NCBI GenBank assembly: GCA_964016885.1
Contig: OZ024744.1
Span: 63,674,001 to 63,738,000, forward strand
Origin: Eledone cirrhosa
Taxonomy: Eukaryota
Direction: 5' to 3'
Length of the DNA: 64,000 nucleotides
The translations under genes were made by a program, and so were the position numbers. The notes beneath the pieces are model-generated. The model had not been told where the DNA came from, did not search any database, and was given only the letters and a program-made list of their open reading frames with translations. Position 1 is the first letter of the stretch. Every line of letters begins with the position of its first letter. Positions 55,001 through 64,000 of the stretch are shown here, piece after piece.

Positions 55001-56225
55001 TACCATAGTGTGGTATAGTTCACTGTACTGTGTCTATAACTAACATACTCCATTGTCAACAGTCCACCTAGCTGTAAATAGGTACCACAGTGTGGTATAG
55101 TTCACTGTACTGTGTCTATAACCAAGACACTCCACTGTCAACAGTCCACCTAGCTCTAAGTATGTACCACAGTGTGGTATAGTTCACTGTACTGTGTCTA
55201 TAACCAAGACACTCCACTGTCAACAGTCCACCTAGCTGTAAGTAGGTACCACAGTGTAGTATAGTTCACTGTACTGTGTCTATAACCAAGACACTTAACT
55301 GTCAACAGTCCACCTAGCTGTAAGTATGTAACACAGTGTGGTATAGTTCACTGTACTGTGTCTATAACCAAGACCCTTAACTGTCAACAGTCCAGCTAGC
55401 TGTCAGTAGGTACCACAGTGTAGTATAGTTCACTATACTGTGTCTATAACCAAGATACTTATCTATCACCAGTTCACCTAGCTGTAAGTAGGTACCACAG
55501 CGTGGTATAGTTCACTGTACTGTGTCTATAACCAAGATACTTAACTATCAACAGTCCACCTAGCTATAAGTAGGTACCACAGTGTGATATAGTTCACTGT
55601 ACTGTGTCTATAACCAAGATACTTATCTATCACCTGTCCACCTAGCTGTAAGTAGGTACCACAGTGTGGTATAGTTCACTGTACTGTGTCTATAACCAAG
55701 ATACTTAACTATCAACAGTCCCCCTAGCTGTAAGTAGGTACCACAGTGTGGTATAGTTCACTGTACTGTGTCTATAACCAAGGTACTTAACTGTCAACAG
55801 TCCACCTAGCTGTAAGTAGGTACCACAGTGTAGTATAGTTCACTGTACTGTGTCTACGAGCTAGACACTTAACTCTTGACAGTACAGTCCACCTTGTGGT
55901 AAGTAGGTACCACAGCGTTGTATAGCTCACTGTACCATGTCTATGACCAAGATACTTAACTCTCAATAGTCCACCAAACTTTAAGTAGGTACCACTGTGT
56001 GATATAGTTCATGTGCACCATCTGTGCCTATGACACTCAACTGTCAAAGTCCAGTCCACCTAGCTGGAAGTTGGTACTACAGTGCGTTATCATTCAATGT
56101 ACTGTGTCTATAAACAAGGCTCATAAGTGCCAACAGTCTAGTCCATCTAGCTTTAAGTAGGTACCACAATCAGTTATTTTTTTACTGTACTGTCAAGTCC
56201 ACCTAGATGTAAGTATGTACCATAT
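16034..56225. repeat. ~40-kb tandem satellite, 82-bp monomer with 87-bp variant (~480 units)
   Basis: Consensus CTGTCAACAGTCCACCTAGCTGTAAGTAGGTACCACAGTGTGGTATAGTTCACTGTACTGTGTCTATAACCAAGACACT(TA/CC)A. Period 82 (e.g. 35341 to 35423). The 87-bp form has an extra CCAGT. Monomers decay at both edges. Confidence 0.98.
16078..16836 (-). repeat. Inverted block of ~9 satellite monomers
   Basis: Monomers read as the reverse complement (gaactataccacactgtggtacctacttacagctaggtggactgttgacag) until GGTACC at 16834-16839, after which orientation switches. Confidence 0.95.
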
Positions 56226-56679
56226 AATCATATATCTCAATTTATATTGCCAATGTTCAAGAAATTGAACACTCAAAACTCTTGTCTATTTAGTACACTC
56301 TGCCTTGTCAATGATGAAGACTCTTTACCTCCAACAGTTTCCTCTGTCTAGTACAAGATGCACTTTTTTAGTGACTACACCTTTTTATTATTATTAGCCT
56401 ATACTACTTAGTGTATAGGCTAATAATAGTCAATGACCAAGACAACCATCAATAGTTTAGTCTTTAACTCTTTTTTTCTGACATGCAAAGCCTTAACTTT
56501 GGACAGATAGTTTTGAAAATTTGCAATTGACTATTGTAAAAACTCTATTTTCAGTGTGTTATAATCTCAGTGCAGTTTCATAGTTTTCAAGAATTTGAGG
56601 TACTCTCAAGAGGTTTTGAGACTTTTATCAGAGCGACATTTACTTAACTCAGATCAACACAAAACTCTAGTCTCCATCA

Positions 56680-57510
56680 AGTAGGATCCTCTAACTCCAA
56701 TGCAGCCACTTCTGAAAGTGAAGGTGTCTAGAGCGCTTGTCACAGCCACCTTCATCTTCTCCACATCCTCAAAGTGGATACCCCTGAGCTTCTCCTTCAG
56801 CTTCAGGAACATCCAGAAGTCACTGGACTGTAGGGAGGATGAGAGACAGTCTTGATCCCCTTATTGGCCAAGTAGTTGGTCACCAGGATGGATTTGTGGC
56901 AAGGGACATTGTCCTGGTGCAGGTGCTACTGACCAGACTTGAAGAGTTCTGGTCTCCTGCAATGTAATCTTTCTGAACTGCCTTCAAACCTCTACATAAT
57001 ACTCCTTGTTGACAGTCTGGCCGTGGGGGACCCAGTGGATGTAGATGATGCCCTTGCTGTTGAAGAATGGGATCATCATAAGTTTCCTAGTGGACCTGCT
57101 TTCCCTGACCTTCTTGGGTCTTGGAGAATCAGAATGTTTCCACTGGGCACTTTGTCTCTTGGTCATAACAGTAATTGTCACAGCTTACCAGAGACTCAAG
57201 GACACTTGGATTCAAAGTGATCCACTTAACCATCTCCCTGCTGTCATCGTTGAGCACTCTGGGAACAAACTTTACACATGTTCCGATCATCATGAATGAC
57301 TCTGCCTCATGCCCTCAGCCACTTAAATTGTTTAGCAATCGCCAGATGAGATGTATGACAGTCCTCGTGAAGAAATTTGAGAATTTTGTCTACCAACTTC
57401 AATGTCCCTCTCCCTATCACACCTCCCATCATCACCCCCTGCTCTCCTGTTTCTGCAGCATATTTGTAGGGCTTGACACAAAACTTTATTGCATATTGAG
57501 CCTCAAAGTT
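56680..57510 (-). mobile_element. Degenerate mariner (DD34D-type) transposase
   Basis: Minus strand: QYAIKFCVK...AAET, KRQSAQWKHSDSPRPKK...FFNSKGII...VPHGQTVNKEYY, HLHQDNVPCH, HPPYSP. Stops and deletions present; TIRs not confidently located. Confidence 0.9.
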
Positions 57511-58471
57511 ATCCTCATGTCCCAACTGCATTGTGGGACCAGTTAGCTGTGACAAGAAGTATAAGATGGATAGTGTTTAAAGTGCTGTAGCAGTCTGAAC
57601 TTTCAGCCTGGGAGAAAAAGATTTCACATGTTAGATTATTATAACCATATCAGAGATGCATTAAAATGACAACTACATAATACAATAGTGCCTGAACAGA
57701 GTGTACCTCATATCTTGCTCATGCGGTTTGATGTGGTACAGGACGTAAACAGTTAAAAACATGTCAATCAATGGCTTTTTATTTCAGCAAAACTGCCAGT
57801 CTTCCAAATGTTTTTGACCACAGACTACTATCTGAATCTTTCAAATGAATATTTTCTTCATTGGCTAATTGATGACCAGGCCCGAATATCAAAAATTTGC
57901 TTTTTATCTCCAACAAGAACAACATACTGTATTTGTGCATACACCTATAATATGCCACATCAATATAGCTATAAAACATTGACTTCTGTGAACCACACAT
58001 ACACACATAACATGTTACTACAAGCATAAACTGCAACTGTTGAACAGCCACCTCTGGGAATCTTCTCATTAACTTGATTGATTGTGATCAATTCCATTGT
58101 CATTGATGAAGCAATATAATACATTTATGCTGAACTAATTTGTTGTGCTTTGTTTATGTATTCCCCACCCTTGCAAGCAGGGAAAAGCGGACGTAAAATG
58201 ATGATGATATACACTCCCTCATATAGTCACTCATGCCTATATACCCCCCCCCCCCCCTCCCCCCACATACACACATATATACATACACATATAAAAAGAC
58301 ATACATAAATTCAAAAAATTCAAAGACCCTTCATTAAACTGGACACAATTTGAGTTAAAGAAGTAATTATCAGTATCAACTAGCTGATAAGAATAAAATT
58401 AATTTCATGATGCAGCAAGTTATCCTGGTAGATAGACTATAGATAGAGTTTTCATTAGATTACCAAGTAGG

Positions 58472-58626
58472 CGACACTGGATTTACCATTGTGCTTAAGC
58501 ACAGGGCCCCGTTGGTCAGGGAGGGCCCATCTTCCTGCCAAAAACATTTTTTACAATGAATGTTTTAGGTAAGGGACCTTATAACTTAACTAGCACAGGG
58601 CCTTGTTTATCCTAAATCTGGCACTG
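58472..58626. mobile_element. Possible degenerate hAT-type MITE
   Basis: ggattta ... taaatctggcactg ends, two gcacagggcc subterminal motifs, partial TSD (..gtagg on both sides). Confidence 0.4.
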
Positions 58627-59564
58627 GATGTAGGGATAGTGTATCTTCAAGTTTGGCTTTAACATACTACAAATTTATTATTTATACAGTAACTTTAGAA
58701 AAGCTATCTAGACTGGAAACTGAATGTGTCATTCCTGACATGAAAGATATACAGAAACTGGAATTGTAAGCTAGTTAAGTGGGAATTAACAGGGGCAATT
58801 ATAAACATCAGGTGGCTCTTTTAAAGAGAGAATCTGTTACAGTTAGTAAGGAACCAGAGCTGGAGAATAACAAATTGGAGTTGCAGCAAGTAAACAGACA
58901 CAAAAAGGCAACTAGAAAAGGTTTTACATATGAAGAGAAAGCAGTAAGAATTTGTCCTGGTCATTTCTTCCATATCACCATCACAGTGGCCTAGTGGGTA
59001 GTAATAGAGATGGTGGAGATTCTGGTCTAGGGTCAATCCTGGTCAGGAGATACACAATGAGGGTCTTACTAAATTTTAAATGGCAGTGCCACAGCATAGT
59101 CTTGGCCTGTCAGCTGAAACATGTAATAGAGTAATATAACATAAATCTTGCATTGTCTGAGCTAAGGTGAGGGCTCTTAGACATGATAGAGTAAAAGCCA
59201 CCAAATGGTTTTTGCTTCCTTGTTACAGAAACACAACAGAGGAAGCAAAGTCATAATCTAGTTTTTGATGATTCATGATGAGTACATGCTCTTTGATTCC
59301 AGGCAGATATGTGCAGTTTTTCAGAGTTGTTTTACCCAAGTTCTTTGGAGGAAAGCTGTTGACTGGAGACAGTGATTTCAATGTCTACTTCAAGGGTATG
59401 CTAAGTTCTTGCCAGCAGTTGTATAAACAATAGACTAGCCAGCTTTATGAAATTAACATGCAAGTGTCTGAGCATTCCACAGACGTGTAATTTTAGCGTA
59501 GTTTTCAGAGAGATTCATCATGACACAGTGTGTGACAAGGGTGGCATTTTGAATTACAGATAGA

Positions 59565-59695
59565 ACTTACTTTTGCCAGCTGAGTGGACTGGAGTATTGT
59601 GAAATAAAGTGTCTTGTTAAAGGTCTCAATGGTCTGCTGAGAGTTGAACATATAACCATGTAGTCATGAGCTAAACATCCTAACTACTAATCCGA
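59565..59695 (-). mobile_element. CORE-like tRNA-derived SINE fragment (family of 4688-4960)
   Basis: Reverse complement reads cctttaacaagacactttatttcacaatactccagtccactcagctggcaaaag. Confidence 0.65.
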
Positions 59696-59954
59696 TACTA
59701 GCAACTACAATACAGTAAGTACTGTGTAGTTGTGTGAGAAAAAATCATCAGGTTTGAATGACTTGTTTTATTATTAACCATCTTGCCAACAACAACCCTG
59801 AGCACCTTTTTGAATTCCATGTATCTAACACTTGTGGACACGCTTACAAAATCAGAAAACAATACAGCTTCCATGACTTTCAGAAACAATTTTTCAAGCT
59901 CAGAATTGCTGAACAAACTACCTGCATCAGTTATTAGCTGTTGGGACACTGCAT

Positions 59955-60420
59955 TCTTCTTGTGTGGTACAGAATTAAAAGCTTTAGCAAAGTCAAGATA
60001 ATTAACATCCACCCATGAGCTGCCATCAGGGATTCAGGAATTGTCTTCAAGAAACTCAATGAATTGATCACAGCAGTTGGAATTAGGGATAAACCCAAAT
60101 TGCGAGGGCCAGATAAGACTGTGAGAATTCCAGAGTGTTTCTCTGACACAGGATTCCATCAGTTTGACAATGCAGCTAGTAAGACTGACTGGACAATAGT
60201 TGACAGGTGACGTGCAATCAGCCTTTTTGAACAGAGGAATGAAAGAAGAGTGAAAGCTGGTGCAGAAGAAAGTACCCACCACGTTTGAAAAGCAGGTACG
60301 TAACACCATCAAGACCAGGAGAGACATAGTTGTACTTTTTCTTAATGTGACATTGCAGCATTGCAGGTGTAAATTCCATAGTGGCTTAGAATTTGATGTC
60401 AGATGTGGTGGAGATGGTAC
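59955..60420 (-). mobile_element. CR1/L2-like LINE reverse-transcriptase fragment
   Basis: PLFKKADCTSPVNYCPVSLTSCIVKLME...QFGF...VDVNYLDFAKAFNSVPH, RT domains 1-3, with a stop. Confidence 0.88.
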
Positions 60421-61049
60421 GTTTTGGTTTTCAACAGTGAAAATGCCTGTCCTTACCCGTCTTCTCTTCCTATTCCATCTTCTTCTTTTCCATTCCATTC
60501 TGTTCTGTTTTGTTCATTCTCTTCTGACAGTCTCAGAAATGCACCAAATAAATATGTGAACCTAATAACCTTTATAATTGATTACTGGACAAAACATCAA
60601 CTAGTCAGTGACACAAATTCTAATATATATATATAGATTTAAACTTTAATATTCCATGTGAACACAACCTTCTAATAATAATAATAATAATCGTGAATTC
60701 ACAATAATTATAATCTTGAAACATCAAGCTATCCAAGTTGTCTGTTTAACATGCAAATATATTCAGATTTTGCACTAAATGTTTGGTATTAGTGGACAAG
60801 AGATATTTAAATTTCTTAATGCCAACTACTTCAACACCTTTAAACCTTCAGATATGCAAAAAATAAAAATAAAACAAAAAACAAATAAACGAAAAACAAT
60901 AATGATACATAAATAAAATAAAAATTCTACTTTATATGTTTTTTATATCCAAACCTGGGCAACAGCTTTTTTTTTTAAACAATTTTTCTTGGTAAAATAT
61001 CCAATAACAAAATGGCTGCATTAACAGCAAGTTTAAAAACCAATCTGTT

Positions 61050-61185
61050 AAAGAGTGTGGTCAGTACAACAGCTTTATAAACCTGTATCTTGGTGACCAG
61101 TCTTATACCCTTCTCATTCCAAAGGTGATGACAGAGCTTGTCAAATGCCCTTGTGGCTTTTCCTATACTATTAAATATCTCTTTT
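61050..61185 (-). mobile_element. RTE-clade LINE fragment
   Basis: Minus strand EIFNSIGKATRAFDKL...WNEKGIRLVTKIQVYKAVVLTTL matches the RTE post-RT motif. Confidence 0.75.
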
Positions 61186-61539
61186 TAAGGTGATCTATGG
61201 TTGCTTTCTGTTAGGGCATATCTTTTTTTTTTTTTTTTTTTTTTTTTTGTGAATTGAGTATGCTCTCTGCTAGGGTTGATGTAGGTTGTCTGATCTGTTT
61301 ACCATTGTTAGTATTTCTACTGTGAAACAGACAATCAGAAACATATCCATTAGGGAACAACTCCTCTGCTGTTGCAACCAAATGCATCACAATGTAGCCA
61401 ACTTGCTTAAGGAGGCAAAATTGGGGGTGAGGCTTTAGAATATTTTTGACCTTGCTAGCTTCATGCCATTGATTAATAGATGTGTTAGCACTCTGCTTGC
61501 AGATGAATGATACAAATCTGCAAAAAAACATTTGTAGTT

Positions 61540-63330
61540 TATGTAAAGCTGAGAAGATTTAAGGGGGAACTGTTGAAGCTCACATGCATAACCAGTTTCT
61601 TAGCTTACATATCAATGGCTCTTTGGCAGTAGCCTGGCAGATACAATGACCTGAGTGAAGTATTAAAGTCTTAGGGTGCTGACATAAGATGTAGGGCCTT
61701 CAAATGCCAGCCACTGTTGGTAAGAGGGACAGAAGACAACAAAAGGCAACTGGTGAGAGGTCGAGAAGGCAGAGGGCAAGTAGACATTAACCAGACAGTG
61801 ATTTAAGTACATAACCAAAAAACAGAGACCTCAAAAGTGATGAAAAAAAAAAGAGGAGAGTGCTTAACAATTAAGGACAAAGATTTCCATAGGGAATTTG
61901 ATTGTGAAAGATGGATCATGGAATGGTTTTGGAAAGGAGAGCCCTTGGTAATGAAAAACAAAGGTGAGTAGTTATGAGAGGGGAGTGAAAGCCAATTTTG
62001 AGAATTTGGTGGAAAGATATATAGAGGAGGACATTCTTGTACTCAGGGCCGGTGCTACCAATAGGCAAACTAGACAGCCACCTAGGGCGCTGATTTCAGG
62101 GGGCGCATTTCTCCAAATCAACAACAATTTTGAGAAATAAATAAATAAATTTCAGTTTTATTGAGGGTCAATAAATAAATTTCAGTTTTATTGAGGGTCA
62201 TTTTTTATCCTAGTTTAATTCATACAGGGACAAATAAATGTTGGAAAAAAGTTTTTTTAAAATTTATTGTTTATAAATTTTGAAATTGATATTTTCCTGG
62301 GGTGAAGGGGTGGACGCCAGAATCTAACCTTGCCTAGGGTGCCAGATAGTCTGATATTGGCCCTGCTTGTACTACAGATAACAAAGTGAAAATTGATGGC
62401 ATTAGCTCAGCCAGCAAAGAGCTAAATCAAACCAGTGTTGGACTTTATGAAATTTAATTGTAGTAAGCAATGGCACTACTTATCATGATGGAACAATTGG
62501 GTTGCACTTGGTCAGTCGGCAGCATAGAAATACCGAGCAGTGACTTCTGCCTAGCTAGAAAATTTGCGCCTCTTTTGACTTCTAACACAATTCCATCTTC
62601 ATTTTCATACAAACTGGACATTACTAAATTCATTCCCTTGAGCGACTGGCAAGGGCCCAGCAACATCCTACCTAGATATAGGCCACAATGGCATCTATTG
62701 TAATATTTTATGGAGAAAAATAAATCCTTTGTTATATTTCCTCACTGTGCTTTCCTCTATGATCCTTCCACATGGACTACTAACATTAAACGCGCAGCCT
62801 TATAACCTAATCTTCCTTAAGGATCCTTCCTGCAACCAAAAAATAATATTTTAAAGAACTTTTCTGCTAAAGAATCATCATGCAACATGTTACACAAGCA
62901 GGCCCGCAATGGACATATGTTGAGAAACTATGCAACCATGGAGGCATGGCAGGAGCAATCAGCATTGTTGACCTAAAATTAGCTTACTTGCAGCTTCATA
63001 TGGCTAAAATATTGTGAAAGTAGCAACTGGTAAACTACAAAAGTAGAATGTATTGTCCAACTAGAATGGGTTTAAGGCTAAACTAAGCAACCAAAATAAT
63101 AGCAGCAATTCTAAAAAAACTATCTTAGGAAAGAGGAATAGGATAAGAGAAAACCATGAATTAGTTCATTGATGACATTCTGGTGGATGAAATAATGGTG
63201 ACAGCAGATGAGGTTGCCTTAAGAACTATGGATTGAGTAGAAATTCATCAGAATCATTGGAAGGTGAGCAGCACTGGGACTTATATTAAGAAAGTGCAGA
63301 ATAGGAGAATCAATTGCTTAGAGAGAAAAT
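61540..63330 (+). mobile_element. Highly decayed Gypsy-like LTR retrotransposon (gag/pol remnants), interrupted
   Basis: KDKDF..EFD.ERWIMEWFWKGEP...YIEEDIL, VLDF.E.N, then IVDLKLAYLQL...QLVNYKSRMYCPTRMG...FIDDILVDE (RT core). Many stops. Left boundary uncertain; no LTRs identified. Confidence 0.7.
62044..62365. mobile_element. hAT-type MITE nested in the Gypsy-like remnant
   Basis: Ends cagggcc / ggccctg with perfect 8-bp TSD cttgtact (62036-62043, 62366-62373). Internal perfect 30-bp tandem duplication at 62141-62200. Confidence 0.88.
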
Positions 63331-63583
63331 AAGATTTCACGGGTGTGTGATGAGTGAAGTAGCAAAGCAAGAAAAGCAAAGCCTACACAAGTAATTGTTT
63401 ATAATCGTAATAGACAAGTTGTGTATTTCTCAATTGCACAGTTTGAGTGCCTGTGAGTTATTCATATAACAAGTAAAAATACAAGATAATGAGGTTCAAC
63501 AGGAAACTCCAGAGAGCTGCCAGGTTTCAGTTTTATTTGAGCTCATCTACCCTGCGCCCCTCAATGCAGACAAGGTTATTTAA

Positions 63584-63804
63584 CCCTTTAGCATTTACAT
63601 TACGCTATATATACTATTATATTTTCGCAGTAAAGTCTTTATCTCACATAATTACTTCACATAATATCGAATCTATGAGATTTTGATATTATTTATTTTG
63701 AGAACAATACCTTAACATCAGTATGAGGGGTTGGTTACAGCTAGTTTGAACAGAAAGAGGTGAGAGAATTCTGGCCGGATATGGCTGGTTTAAATGCTAA
63801 AGTG
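63584..63804. mobile_element. piggyBac MITE
   Basis: TTAA ccctttagcattta ... taaatgctaaagtg TTAA (63805-63808). Confidence 0.88.
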
Positions 63805-64000
63805 TTAAGGTGCCTTTACTAGCCTTGTCCCAAAGCCGTCAAGATTTCTACAGCTTGTCAGCCCTGGTTCATTGTATCCAGGTGGTTTTACCATTCTTGG
63901 TCCACAGCAGCTTATTCAACTGATGCACCAGCTTATATCACAGTTGTCCTATATATTCTACAGGACATTCCTCAATCTACCTCTCAAGAAACATGCCAGC

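Noticed and set aside
16034-56225. CRISPR-like array
   Set aside because: No unique spacers: the whole unit repeats. The context is eukaryotic and there are no cas genes.
16840-56225. Tandem tRNA/5S/snRNA genes or hammerhead-ribozyme satellite
   Set aside because: GTGGTATAGT resembles a tRNA A-box, but there is no GTTCRA B-box or acceptor stem, and no CTGANGA/GAAA hammerhead core on either strand.
56350-57680. Terminal inverted repeats for the mariner relic
   Set aside because: Candidate ends near 56352 and 57650 are not convincingly inverted copies, so element boundaries were not called.

Overview
AT-rich animal genomic DNA. The tRNA-derived SINEs and (TA)n/(CA)n tracts suggest a cephalopod (Octopus-like); this is an inference. 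Bases 1-12 kb hold the 3' half of a + strand KDM2 (FBXL10/FBXL11-type histone demethylase) gene: CXXC, PHD, Thr-rich linker and F-box/LRR exons, plus a candidate alternative terminal exon that would drop the F-box/LRR. Its introns carry an internally deleted piggyBac, MITEs and SINEs. Bases ~16.0-56.2 kb are one uninterrupted ~40-kb tandem satellite of roughly 480 monomers of 82/87 bp. The monomer resembles the central CORE-like domain of a SINE present twice in this window and is built almost entirely of short dyads. The array has nested higher-order duplications (1.1, 3.7-3.8 and ~10 kb) and a flipped ~760-bp block whose junctions fall in the monomer's own palindromes. Bases 56.3-64 kb are decayed transposons (mariner, CR1-like, RTE, Gypsy-like with a nested hAT MITE, piggyBac MITE). 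The many short ORFs in the array are repeat artefacts. All alignments were done by eye.
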